64,000 nucleotides of DNA, from the NCBI GenBank assembly GCA_049320885.1, contig JBMORA010000001.1:370622-434621 (forward strand), read 5' to 3'. How positions within the stretch are numbered: the first letter of the stretch is position 1; every line of letters starts with the position of its first letter. The position numbers and the translations under genes were made by a program. The notes below the pieces were generated by a model that was given only the letters and a program-made list of their open reading frames with translations, did no database searches and was not told where the DNA came from. The DNA is from Thermodesulfobacteriota bacterium (GTDB taxonomy: Bacteria > Desulfobacterota > Desulfobacteria > Desulfobacterales > SURF-7). Below are positions 19,631-29,266 of the stretch, one piece after another.

Positions 19631-19769
19631 GATCAGGACGGATGAAAAACGAGGTTGAAAGCGTAAAGAAAATATCTGATTTTTTATCCTTTTGTCAAAG
19701 TGTTTTCCTTTTTATAATTGAATTTCATTCCATTTCCGACTATTATACCAAGCCATCGGGAATGAGCCA

Positions 19770-20567
19770 ATGCGAATCCAAAACGCCGCCATCCGTAACC
19801 GCCGTGTCTTCCGGCTGCCGGTTCTGATCGGGATGCTGATCGGCCTCGCGGCCTGCGCCGCGCCTTCGGTTCCGCCGACGACAACCCTCCCTCCGCCGGT
19901 GCCGCCGAAACGCATCAGACCCCGGCTGCCGACCATTTCCTACACCATCCAGGTGGGGGCTTTTTCCACCATCGAACGGGCCGCGCTTTACGCCGATCGT
20001 CTGCAGGCCGCAGGCCTGGACGCCTATTATTTTGTCGATGAGGACCGGCTCTGCAAAGTCCGGTTTGAGAAGTTCCCGACCAAAAAAGAGGCCGAAGCCC
20101 GCGCCCTGGTTCTGCAAGCACGGGGTCTGATCGACGAATTTTATATCATTCAGCCCTCCGTCGGCCTAGCCACCACGGCAATGAGCTCGACCCTGCGCAG
20201 CAACCTCGTCTCCACCGCCCACCGGTTCATCGGCACCCCGTATTCCTGGGGAGGGACATCCGTCCGCAGCGGATTCGATTGCAGCGGACTTACCATGACC
20301 GTTTATCGTCTCAATGGCCTGGAGCTGCCCAGGATGGCTCTGTCCCAATACCGGAACGGCGTCCCGGTGGACCGGGACGAACTGCGGCAGGGGGATCTGG
20401 TTTTCTTCGACACCGACTCCTCCGGCGGCATTTCCCATGTGGGCATCTATACCGGCCGGGACCGCTTCATCCACGCCCCCGGCCGCGGCAAGCAGATCCG
20501 CATCGCCTCTCTCTCCAACGCTTATTTCCAGAAACGCTACCGCGGCGCCCGCCGGTATTTTGACTGA
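19770..20567 (+). CDS. SPOR-domain plus NlpC/P60 peptidoglycan hydrolase lipoprotein
   Basis: Lipobox LAAC; YTIQVGAF (SPOR); GTPYSWGG, FDCSG and HVGIY..FIHA (NlpC/P60). Confidence 0.92.
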   Translation: MRIQNAAIRNRRVFRLPVLIGMLIGLAACAAPSVPPTTTLPPPVPPKRIRPRLPTISYTIQVGAFSTIERAALYADRLQAAGLDAYYFVDEDRLCKVRFEKFPTKKEAEARALVLQARGLIDEFYIIQPSVGLATTAMSSTLRSNLVSTAHRFIGTPYSWGGTSVRSGFDCSGLTMTVYRLNGLELPRMALSQYRNGVPVDRDELRQGDLVFFDTDSSGGISHVGIYTGRDRFIHAPGRGKQIRIASLSNAYFQKRYRGARRYFD

Positions 20568-20600
20568 AACGCAGGCCGGAATCGAAGCCCACTTTTTCTC

Positions 20601-20651
20601 TTGACAGTTTTATGTTTTTGTTTTAAACACTTTTTTAAAACATTTGTTTAA
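20601..20651 (+). promoter_or_regulatory. Promoter -35 with overlapping palindromic operators, likely TetR autoregulation
   Basis: TTGACA at 20601, then TTTTAAA-N6-TTTAAAA (20621-20640) overlapping TTAAAACATTTGTTTAA. Confidence 0.6.
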
Positions 20652-20678
20652 TTTTTCCATGTTCCAAAGGAGCGCCCA

Positions 20679-21386
20679 ATGACGGCAGCCGAAGGCGAGG
20701 GCAAATCGACCCGCGAAAAAATAATGGACGTCGCCGCGGAAGTCTTCGGTCGCCGCGGCTTCAAGGCCGCCACGATCCGTGAAATCTGCCGCCGGGCCGA
20801 CGTCAACGTGGCTTCCGTGAATTATTATTTCCAGGGCAAGGAAGGGCTGTATCGCGAAGTGGCCCGGAACCTGATCGCCACCACCTTCGCACGGTATCCG
20901 GTGTCCGTCGAGGCGGAATCGGGTAATCCCCCTGAGCAGCGGCTGCGCACCTTTGTAAGCGCGGTTTTTCATCGCCTGCTGGCACCCGGAGGGCTTTCCG
21001 GATATCCGGGCAAGGGACAGCTGGTGGCCCGGGAACTGGCCGACCCATCCCCGATCCTGGACAGCATCGTCGAGGATTTCATCCGGCCCACGGCCCGGGA
21101 CCTGAGCGGGATCATCATGCTGCTGCTGGGCCCTGCGGCCTCCGAACGGGATGTCATCAAATGCCAGATCAGCGTCATCGGTCAGTGTTTCCACTACGCC
21201 CTGGCCCGGCCGATCCTGACCCGGCTGACCAGGCTGGAACTGTCGGATGAGGATATCCTGGATGAACTGGCCGAACATGTAACCCGTTTTTCCCTGGCCG
21301 GCATCGCCGGCATCCGGGAAGAAATCGGAATCCGGATCAAACCGACCCGGATAAAGAGGGAAAAAACGAAAAAAGGGAGGAAATGA
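20679..21386 (+). CDS. TetR-family regulator (YbiH/CecR-like)
   Basis: N-terminal HTH ATIREICRRADVNVASVNYYFQGKEGLY; heads a ybhGFSR-like operon. Confidence 0.88.
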   Translation: MTAAEGEGKSTREKIMDVAAEVFGRRGFKAATIREICRRADVNVASVNYYFQGKEGLYREVARNLIATTFARYPVSVEAESGNPPEQRLRTFVSAVFHRLLAPGGLSGYPGKGQLVARELADPSPILDSIVEDFIRPTARDLSGIIMLLLGPAASERDVIKCQISVIGQCFHYALARPILTRLTRLELSDEDILDELAEHVTRFSLAGIAGIREEIGIRIKPTRIKREKTKKGRK

Positions 21387-22574
21387 ATGCACAAGCGCCT
21401 TCGCATCGCCATTCCCATCGGCGTGGTGATCGCCGTCATCATCGTCTGGAATGTCTTTTTCCGCAACGGCAATAACCCGGACCGGATTCTGTTGTCCGGC
21501 AATATCGAGGTGAATCAAGTGGATATGGCCTTTAAAATTCCAGGCCGCCTGGCGGAGCGCACGGTCGACGAAGGGGATCGTATTGTCCGTGGCCGTCCGC
21601 TGGCCCGCCTGGACGCCGCCGACCAGCAACTGCTCATGCGCAAAGCCGCCGCCGATCTGGAATACGCCCGGGCGGTTCTGGACGAGCTGACCGCTGGCAG
21701 CCGACCCGAAGAAATCAAACGCGCCGAGGCCCGGATGAAGCAGGCCGGTTTTTTGCTCAAGGAACTGGAAACCGGCAGTCGCTCCCAGGAAGTCGCCGAA
21801 GGAGAGGCGGAGCTGCAACGGGCGGTCGCAGCCCAACAGGCCGCCGCCAGCCGGCGTAATCTCGCCCGGGCGGAACTGGAAAGATTCCAGGCCGTCTATC
21901 AGGAAGGCGGCATCAGCCGCCAGGCCTTCGATTCTTATCACACCGGTTTTGAAACGGCCCAGAACCGACTGGACGAGGCCGAAGCGCGCGTGCTGTCGGT
22001 CCGGCAGCGGTTGAGCATGATCAAGGAGGGGCCCCGGGATGAAAAAATCAGGCAGGCCCGCGCCGCCTTCGAACAGGCCCAGGCGGAATATGACCTGGTG
22101 AAGGAGGGGCCCCGCCGGGAGACCATCGCCCAATCCCGGGCCCGGGCAGCCGCCGCCGAAGAGGCCCTGAATCTGTATAAACAACAGCTGGCCGACACGG
22201 AGCTGATCGCTCCCTTTGACGGCGTGGTGCTCAGCAAGTCAGCCGAACCCGGGGCCTATCTGAATCCCGGAACACCGGTTATGACGGTGGCGGAAATGGA
22301 CCGCGTTTTCCTCCGGGCGTTCATCAGCGAAACCGATCTGGGGCGAATCAAACATGGACAGTCCGCGGAAATCGCAACCGACGCCTATCCCGGCAAGGTC
22401 TATCCCGGGCGGGTGAGCTTCATCGCAAGCCAGGCGGAGTTCACGCCGAAATCCGTGCAGACGTTTGAAGAGCGTGTCAATCTGATGTACCGGATCAAGA
22501 TCGACCTGGAAAATCAGCACGGCGAACTCAAGCCGGGCATGCCGGCCGATGCCTGGATCAACGTGAAACAATGA
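21387..22574 (+). CDS. HlyD-family periplasmic adaptor (YbhG-like)
   Basis: N-terminal TM, SGNIE, long helical hairpin, AEFTPKSVQT and LKPGMPAD motifs. Confidence 0.92.
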   Translation: MHKRLRIAIPIGVVIAVIIVWNVFFRNGNNPDRILLSGNIEVNQVDMAFKIPGRLAERTVDEGDRIVRGRPLARLDAADQQLLMRKAAADLEYARAVLDELTAGSRPEEIKRAEARMKQAGFLLKELETGSRSQEVAEGEAELQRAVAAQQAAASRRNLARAELERFQAVYQEGGISRQAFDSYHTGFETAQNRLDEAEARVLSVRQRLSMIKEGPRDEKIRQARAAFEQAQAEYDLVKEGPRRETIAQSRARAAAAEEALNLYKQQLADTELIAPFDGVVLSKSAEPGAYLNPGTPVMTVAEMDRVFLRAFISETDLGRIKHGQSAEIATDAYPGKVYPGRVSFIASQAEFTPKSVQTFEERVNLMYRIKIDLENQHGELKPGMPADAWINVKQ

Positions 22575-24511
22575 AACGACATCCCGCCGTGATATCCACC
22601 CGGGAACTGACCAGAAAATTCGGCGACTTCACCGCCGTGGACGGAATTTCCCTGAACGTGGAAAAAGGTGAAATCTACGGCCTCGTTGGTCCGGACGGCG
22701 CCGGTAAAACCACCACCTTGCGGATGCTGGCCGGTATCCTGGATCCCTCCGCGGGCGAAATCCAGGTGGCCGGCTGCCTGCTTCCCGGGCAACGTTCGGA
22801 AGTCAAGGAACATCTCGCTTACATGAGCCAGCGCTTCGGACTCTATCCGGATCTCACGGTGCTGGAAAACATTCTCTTTTACGCGGATCTGTACGGCGTT
22901 CCCCGCAAGGGCCGCGAACGGATCATCAACGATCTGTTGGATTTTTCCAGTATGCGGCCATTCAAAAAACGCTTGGCCGCGGCCCTTTCCGGCGGCATGA
23001 AACAAAAGCTTCAGCTGGTCTGCGCCCTGATTCACACCCCGGAAGTGTTGCTGCTGGACGAACCTACCAACGGCGTGGATCCGGTCAGCCGGCGGGATTT
23101 CTGGCGGATTCTCTATCGCTTGTTGAAAAACGGCGTAACCATTCTGGTGACCACCGCCTATCTGGACGAGGCGGAACGCTGCAGCCGGGTGGGTTTGATG
23201 AACGCGGGCCGCATCATCGCCGAAGGTACGCCCCGGGAAATCCGTGACACCATGCCCGCCAGGATTCTTTCGGTCAGAAGCCCCCGGGCCCGCAACGCTA
23301 GCCTGGCCTTGCGACGAGACCTGACCGATGCCCTCAATGTGAATGTCTACGGCGATAAAGTCCATGTGGTCTGCACCGATCCGTCCGCGACGGCCGATCG
23401 GGCCGCGGCCGTGCTGCTTCGGGAAAACATAGAGGCTGACGAAATCAAGGAAATCAATCCCAGTCTGGAAGATGTGTTCGTCAGCACCCTCGGAGCCCCA
23501 GGCCGGACCGAAACCGCCGGTTCCTTCCACACCCCGGCGGATATGATGCCAGCGAAGGCATCGAAAGAGGAATATGCCGTGGAAGTCACCGAACTGTCCC
23601 GCCGTTTCGGCGATTTCACCGCGGTCGACCGGATCAGCTTCACCGTGCCCCAAGGCGAAATTTTCGGCTTTCTCGGTCCCAACGGCGCCGGAAAAAGCAC
23701 CACCATCCGAATGCTTTGCGGTCTCCTCACCCCCACCACGGGAGGCGGCTGGGTGGCCGGCTTCGACATCGCCACCCAGGCGGAAGCGATCAAGTCCAGC
23801 ATCGGCTACATGAGCCAGAAATTCTCCCTGTACGAAGACTTGACGGTTGCCGAGAATATCGATTTTTACGGCGGCATATACGGACTGGGGGGCAAGCGCC
23901 TGGCGGAACGGAAAACCTGGTCCCTGGACATGGCCGGTCTCACCGGCCGGGAAAACGCCCCCGCCCGGCTGCTGGCCGGAGGATGGAAACAGCGGCTGTC
24001 CCTGGCCTGCGCCATTCTGCACCGTCCGCCCATCGTCTTTCTGGATGAGCCCACCAGCGGGGTGGACCCGCTCAGCCGCCGCAGGTTCTGGGATTTGATC
24101 TACGAAATGGCCGGGCAAGGCGTCACCGTCTTCGTTACCACCCATTACATGGAGGAAGCCGAATACTGCGACCGGGTGGCCTTGATTTATCGCGGCCGGA
24201 TGATCGCTCTGGACACGCCCCATCGGCTCAAGCTGGGGCTGTTGCAAGGAGCCTTCCTGGATGTGCGCTGTCAGCAGCCCCAGGATGTCATCGACGAACT
24301 GGAACGCCTGCCCGGCGTCCGGGATGCGGCCCTTTTCGGGGCCGGCCTGCACGTGAAAGCGGATGATGCGGAAAAGGCCGAAACCGGCATCGCCGAACTG
24401 CTGCGGGGGAAAGGGGTTCAGGACGTTTCCATCTCCCGGATCATGCCGAACATGGAAGACGTTTTCGTCACCCTGATCGAAAAAGAAGACGCCAAGGAAA
24501 ATCCATCATGA
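22571..24511 (+). CDS. ABC transporter double ATPase (YbhF-like)
   Basis: Two Walker A motifs (GPDGAGKT, GPNGAGKS), signatures LSGGMKQ/LAGGWKQ and two LDEPT motifs. Confidence 0.95.
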   Translation: MKRHPAVISTRELTRKFGDFTAVDGISLNVEKGEIYGLVGPDGAGKTTTLRMLAGILDPSAGEIQVAGCLLPGQRSEVKEHLAYMSQRFGLYPDLTVLENILFYADLYGVPRKGRERIINDLLDFSSMRPFKKRLAAALSGGMKQKLQLVCALIHTPEVLLLDEPTNGVDPVSRRDFWRILYRLLKNGVTILVTTAYLDEAERCSRVGLMNAGRIIAEGTPREIRDTMPARILSVRSPRARNASLALRRDLTDALNVNVYGDKVHVVCTDPSATADRAAAVLLRENIEADEIKEINPSLEDVFVSTLGAPGRTETAGSFHTPADMMPAKASKEEYAVEVTELSRRFGDFTAVDRISFTVPQGEIFGFLGPNGAGKSTTIRMLCGLLTPTTGGGWVAGFDIATQAEAIKSSIGYMSQKFSLYEDLTVAENIDFYGGIYGLGGKRLAERKTWSLDMAGLTGRENAPARLLAGGWKQRLSLACAILHRPPIVFLDEPTSGVDPLSRRRFWDLIYEMAGQGVTVFVTTHYMEEAEYCDRVALIYRGRMIALDTPHRLKLGLLQGAFLDVRCQQPQDVIDELERLPGVRDAALFGAGLHVKADDAEKAETGIAELLRGKGVQDVSISRIMPNMEDVFVTLIEKEDAKENPS

Positions 24512-25653
24512 ACCGATTCCGTTTTCGAAGATTATGGGCGGTCACCCGCAAGGAATTCATCCACGTGATCCGCGATTGGCGCAGCCTGGTGCTCTCCATT
24601 GCCATGCCGATCTTTTTGATCGCCCTGTTCGGCTATGCCCTGACCATGGATCTCACCGATGTGCCCACGGTGATCTGGGACCAGTCGCACACGCCGGAAA
24701 GCCGCGAACTGCTCAGCCTGTTCCATGGCTCCCCCTATTTCTCCCTGGAATACGAAGTGAATACCTATCGCGAACTCCGGAAACGGGTGGACGACAACAG
24801 CGCCCTGGTGGGGCTGGTGATTCCGGGCGATTTTGCCGACGGAATCCGTTCCGGCCGCGCCACTTCCATCCAGACGCTGTTAAACGGCGCCGACGCCAAC
24901 AACGCCAGCCTGGCCATGGGCTACGTAACGGCCATCGGCCAGATTTACAACCGCCACGTGATAGCCGACAGACTTTCAGCCAGGGGAATGACCGCAACCG
25001 GCGCCCAGATGGTGCTGGAACCACGGGCCTGGTACAATCCCGAATTGCGCAGCCGCAACGTCATCATCCCCGGCATCATCGCCCTGGTGATGGTGGTCAT
25101 CGCCGCCATGCTCACCAGCGTCACGGTGGCCCGGGAATGGGAAACCGGTACCATGGAAATGCTGATCAGCACTCCCATCCGGGTGCCGGAACTGGTCATC
25201 GGGAAAGTCATCCCCTACTTTGTCATCGGTCTTGCGGATGTGGCCATCGCCGTCGTGATGGGCCACGCCGTGTTCGGCGTCCCCCTGCGGGGCAGCGCCG
25301 GACTGATTTTCGCATCCGCCTCGGTGTTTCTCACCGGCGCCCTGTTTCTCGGCCTGCTCCTCAGCATCGCGCTGAAAAACCAGGTGCTGGCCAACCAACT
25401 GGCCCTGTTTTCCGGCTACCTGCCCACCCTGCTGCTTTCCGGATTCGTTTTCGGAATCCACAACATGCCGCCACCCATTCAGGTGATCACCTATATCGTC
25501 CCGGCCCGCTATTTCATCGCGCTGCTGCGGGGAATTTTTCTCAAAGGCATCGGACTGGAAATTTTGTGGCTCAACGCCCTGCTTCTCGGGATTTACGCCA
25601 CGGTGATGGTAGTGCTGGCCCACAAGAAAATGATCCTGAAGCTGGAAGGATGA
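24508..25653 (+). CDS. ABC-2 permease (YbhS-like)
   Basis: KEFIHVIRD, WYNPEL and AREWETGTME motifs; multiple TMs. Confidence 0.92.
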   Translation: MNRFRFRRLWAVTRKEFIHVIRDWRSLVLSIAMPIFLIALFGYALTMDLTDVPTVIWDQSHTPESRELLSLFHGSPYFSLEYEVNTYRELRKRVDDNSALVGLVIPGDFADGIRSGRATSIQTLLNGADANNASLAMGYVTAIGQIYNRHVIADRLSARGMTATGAQMVLEPRAWYNPELRSRNVIIPGIIALVMVVIAAMLTSVTVAREWETGTMEMLISTPIRVPELVIGKVIPYFVIGLADVAIAVVMGHAVFGVPLRGSAGLIFASASVFLTGALFLGLLLSIALKNQVLANQLALFSGYLPTLLLSGFVFGIHNMPPPIQVITYIVPARYFIALLRGIFLKGIGLEILWLNALLLGIYATVMVVLAHKKMILKLEG

Positions 25654-25656
25654 CGC

Positions 25657-26778
25657 ATGCGGTATCGCATTCGACAGATGTTGATCAAGGAATTTCTGCA
25701 GATGTTCCGCGACGTGCGGATGCGGATGGTGGTGCTGGGAATGCCGCTGGTGCAACTCACGGTCCTGGCCTTTGCCCTCACCACGGACGTCAAGGACATC
25801 CGCATGGCCGTGGTGGATTCGGACTGCACGCCGCAAAGCCGGGAATTGATCGCCGAATTTTCCGCCGGCGGATATTTTCATATTGTCGCCGTGCTGCGTT
25901 CGGACGAAGCCATCCGGCCGCTGCTGGATAACGGGGAGGTGCTGGCCGTTCTGCGGATCCCCAACGGTTTCGGCGCCGACCTTGCCGCCGGGCGCACCAC
26001 CAAGGTTCAGCTGCTGGCGGACGGCACCATGAGCAACGACACGGCCATCACCGCCAATTACGCCAACCAGGTAACGGCGGGATTCAACGAACGCCTGATG
26101 CGACGGAACATCGCCGGGACCGGAATCGCCGCGACACCGATGGATGTGCGGATCCGCGCCTGGTACAACCCCAATCTGGAAAGCAAATACTATTTCATTC
26201 CCGGATTGATCGCCGTCATGCTCATCCTCATCGGCCTGGTGCTCACCAGTCTCGCCATCGTCCGGGAAAAGGAAATCGGCACCATCGAGCAGGTGATGGT
26301 GACGCCCATCCGCAGGATCGAATTCATTCTCGGCAAAACCCTACCGTTTCTCATCACCGGCTACATCACCATGAGCATGATGTTCCTCATCGCCCTGCTG
26401 GTCTTCGGCATCCGTATCCACGGCAGCCTGCCCCTGCTCTACCTCACCGCCGGAATTTACATGTCGGGAAATCTCGGTCTGGCCCTGCTGGTCAGCGTGA
26501 CCGCCCGGACCCAGCAACAGGCTTTGCTGACCGCTTTTTTCATCCTGGTGCCGTCCATCCTGCTCAGCGGGTTCATTTTTCCCATCCGCAACATGCCGGA
26601 ATCGGTCCAGTTGCTGACCCTGCTCAACCCCATGCGCTGGTTCCTGCAGATCATGCACGGAATCGTGGTGAAAGGTGTGGGTTTGGGAACCCTCTGGACG
26701 CCCATCCTGGTCCAGACGGCGCTGACGTTCAGCTTCCTGTCACTGGCCGTCATGAAATTCAGAAAAACCCTGGAGTAG
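25657..26778 (+). CDS. ABC-2 permease (YbhR-like)
   Basis: KEFLQMFRD, WYNPNL and VREKEIGTIEQ motifs; multiple TMs. Confidence 0.92.
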   Translation: MRYRIRQMLIKEFLQMFRDVRMRMVVLGMPLVQLTVLAFALTTDVKDIRMAVVDSDCTPQSRELIAEFSAGGYFHIVAVLRSDEAIRPLLDNGEVLAVLRIPNGFGADLAAGRTTKVQLLADGTMSNDTAITANYANQVTAGFNERLMRRNIAGTGIAATPMDVRIRAWYNPNLESKYYFIPGLIAVMLILIGLVLTSLAIVREKEIGTIEQVMVTPIRRIEFILGKTLPFLITGYITMSMMFLIALLVFGIRIHGSLPLLYLTAGIYMSGNLGLALLVSVTARTQQQALLTAFFILVPSILLSGFIFPIRNMPESVQLLTLLNPMRWFLQIMHGIVVKGVGLGTLWTPILVQTALTFSFLSLAVMKFRKTLE

Positions 26779-26782
26779 AAAC

Positions 26783-28144
26783 ATGTTTCCAAAGACGAAC
26801 AATCACCGGAGAAACCCATGGAAAACAGGTGCGTTGCTGATGCGCCTGTTGCTCTCGGCCGCCACCTGTTGCTCCCTTTCCGGACCGGCCGACGCCGATG
26901 AACTGACGCTTTCCGGGGCGGTGAAAGAAGCCCTGGCCGGCAATCCCCAAATCGCCGAGGCCGCCGCCTACCGGCAGGCGGCCGGATACGGTGAAAAAGC
27001 CGCCTTCGCGGATTTTTTCCCTAAATTGTACGGGGCTTATGGATTCCGCAATCTGTCCGAGGAACCCTTTGTCAACCTCGGCGGGCACAAGGCGGTGATC
27101 AACTCCACCCATCAGCATCATTGGGAGGTCGGCCTGACCCAACCCCTCTTCACCGGTTTTGCCGTCAGCGCCCAGCACCGCCTGGCCGCCCTGGGATTGG
27201 AAACCTACGAGCTGAAACTCCGTCAGGCGAAAATTTCCGTGGCGCGGGAGGTGAAACGCGCCTATTTCTCCCTGTTGCTGGCCGAAAAAAATTTCGCCGT
27301 CGCGCAAACCGCGGAAAAAAATCTGATCGCCCACGAGGAAGACGCCCGGCGCTTCCACGACCAGGGCCTGATTCCGCGGAACGATCTGCTCAAGGCCGGG
27401 GTCGCCAAAGCCGATACAACCCGGCAACGCATCCAGGCCGCCGCCGGGGTCCGGACCGCAAGATCCCTGTTCAACGTTCTGCTGGGAAGAGAATACGGCG
27501 CCGCGACGACCGTCGCCGATGTGAATACCGTCCATCAGCCGGAACCCGACCGGAACTCCCTGATGGAGGAAGCCCTGGGGAAACGACCGGAACTGGATAT
27601 TCTGTCCCGGGCGATGGCCGCCGGGGAACAGGAAATCCGGCTGGCCCAAAGCGACTACTACCCCCGTGTGGAAGCGGTGGGTAAATATGAACAGGACGGC
27701 GAGGATTTCGGCGCCCGGCAAAACCGTTTCAACAATGAATACAACGCCAGTTTCGGCATTCAGGCCCGCTGGAATTTCTTCGAGGCCGGCAAAACCAGGG
27801 CAAAGTCGGCCAAGGCCCGCTGGGAGCGGGAGGCGTTGGAGAAAGCCCTCGAGAAAATGCGGGATGAGGTGCGCCTGCAGGTGCAGGAAGCCTGCCTGGA
27901 CCTCGAGGTGGCCACGGAAAACATCGCCGTTACCGGTAAGGCCCTGGAACAGGCCCGGGAGCACTGGCGGATCACCAACACGCGGTATCTTCAACAGCTG
28001 ACCACCTCCACGGAAGTATTGGACGCCCGCACCTATCTCACCCGGGCGGAGACCGGCCATTATGAGGCCCTCTATGGGTACGGGATGGCGCTGGCGGATC
28101 TGGATTTCGCGGCGGGCAGGATCGGCTGCGGGGAATCCGAGTGA
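26783..28144 (+). CDS. TolC-family outer membrane protein
   Basis: Signal peptide, LTQPLFTG, RPEL and EVLDA motifs; last gene of the exporter operon. Confidence 0.88.
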   Translation: MFPKTNNHRRNPWKTGALLMRLLLSAATCCSLSGPADADELTLSGAVKEALAGNPQIAEAAAYRQAAGYGEKAAFADFFPKLYGAYGFRNLSEEPFVNLGGHKAVINSTHQHHWEVGLTQPLFTGFAVSAQHRLAALGLETYELKLRQAKISVAREVKRAYFSLLLAEKNFAVAQTAEKNLIAHEEDARRFHDQGLIPRNDLLKAGVAKADTTRQRIQAAAGVRTARSLFNVLLGREYGAATTVADVNTVHQPEPDRNSLMEEALGKRPELDILSRAMAAGEQEIRLAQSDYYPRVEAVGKYEQDGEDFGARQNRFNNEYNASFGIQARWNFFEAGKTRAKSAKARWEREALEKALEKMRDEVRLQVQEACLDLEVATENIAVTGKALEQAREHWRITNTRYLQQLTTSTEVLDARTYLTRAETGHYEALYGYGMALADLDFAAGRIGCGESE

Positions 28145-28284
28145 AGAACTGCTGCCTGAAAAAACAGACTTTCCTTCCGTCCATTGATTTTATATAATCA
28201 GGTATCGATAATGAACCATGTAACCGGTCCTGATGATTGCCGCTCGGCCGGTTTCCCGTGCCGGATGCATCGAGGAGAATAACC

Positions 28285-29124
28285 ATGACCTATACGGAAA
28301 TTCATACGGAAAAACGCGGTGAGATCCAGATCATCATGTTCAACCGGCCCGAGGTGCGTAACTGCATCGGACCCGTAACCCACCGGGAACTGGTGGACGC
28401 CTGGGACCGGTTCCGCGAGGACGACTCGGTCAAGGTGGCCGTGATCACGGGCGCCGGAGATCTGGCTTTTTGCTCGGGAGGAGACATCAAGGCCGGCGAG
28501 CAACTGGTGCCGACCACCATCGCCGAAACCGCGGCCCACAATCGGGGGGAACGCCCCGGTATCCTGGGCCCCAGCCGCTGGACCGACATCTACAAGCCCA
28601 TCATCGCCGCCGTCAACGGCGTTGCCTATGCCGGCGGTCTGGAATGGGCCTGTTTCGCCGATATCCGCATCGCCGAGGAGCACGCCACCTTCGGCGTGAC
28701 CTGCCGGAGATGGAACATCGGTCTGGCCGACGGCGGCACCCAGCGGTTGCCGCGGATCATCGGCTTGGGCCGGGCCATGGAACTGATCATCACCGGCCGG
28801 GTCATCGACGCCCGGGAAGCGGAACGCATCGGCCTGGTGAATGAAATTGTTCCCAGGGGGAAATCGCTGGAAAGGGCCCTGGAACTGGCCGGATTCATCT
28901 GCCGCCTGCCCCAGCCGGCCATTCGGACCGACAAGGAAGCGACGGTGCGCGGTTTCGGTCTCCCCCTCCAGGAAGGTCTGCGGATCGAGGCAGAATGCTT
29001 CAACCGTCTCCTGTCCACCCCGGAAATCGTGGAAGGCCGTCGCCGCTTTCTGGAAAGAGACCATCCGGACCGGCGCAAAGGGGAAACGCCGCTCACACCG
29101 GGTTTGTCGGCGGCGGACTTGTAA
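28285..29124 (+). CDS. Enoyl-CoA hydratase/isomerase family protein
   Basis: NRPEVRNC, AFCSGGDI, KPIIAAVNGVAYAGGLE and GGTQRLPR motifs; start after GAGGAG. Confidence 0.92.
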   Translation: MTYTEIHTEKRGEIQIIMFNRPEVRNCIGPVTHRELVDAWDRFREDDSVKVAVITGAGDLAFCSGGDIKAGEQLVPTTIAETAAHNRGERPGILGPSRWTDIYKPIIAAVNGVAYAGGLEWACFADIRIAEEHATFGVTCRRWNIGLADGGTQRLPRIIGLGRAMELIITGRVIDAREAERIGLVNEIVPRGKSLERALELAGFICRLPQPAIRTDKEATVRGFGLPLQEGLRIEAECFNRLLSTPEIVEGRRRFLERDHPDRRKGETPLTPGLSAADL

Positions 29125-29164
29125 TCCGAAACGCCGTTCCTGTCCGGCAAATCCACCGCCGGGC

Positions 29165-29194
29165 TTGCAAAATCCAGCCCACTTCCGGTAGGAT
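29165..29194 (+). promoter_or_regulatory. Candidate sigma70 promoter for the sensor kinase operon
   Basis: TTGCAA-N18-TAGGAT. Confidence 0.4.
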
Positions 29195-29266
29195 GATCCT
29201 GTAACGACGACCGGAAGGACTCGTCCTTTTCCGGCCTTATGGAAACGATATCCGGGAGCGGCAACG

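Noticed and set aside
29140..29235. c-di-GMP-I riboswitch-like GGCAAA...GCAAA upstream of the kinase/HD-GYP operon
   Set aside because: No GNRA-capped P2 stem or receptor is evident; the segment is better explained as a TTGCAA-N18-TAGGAT promoter. An Rfam/Infernal search would settle it.
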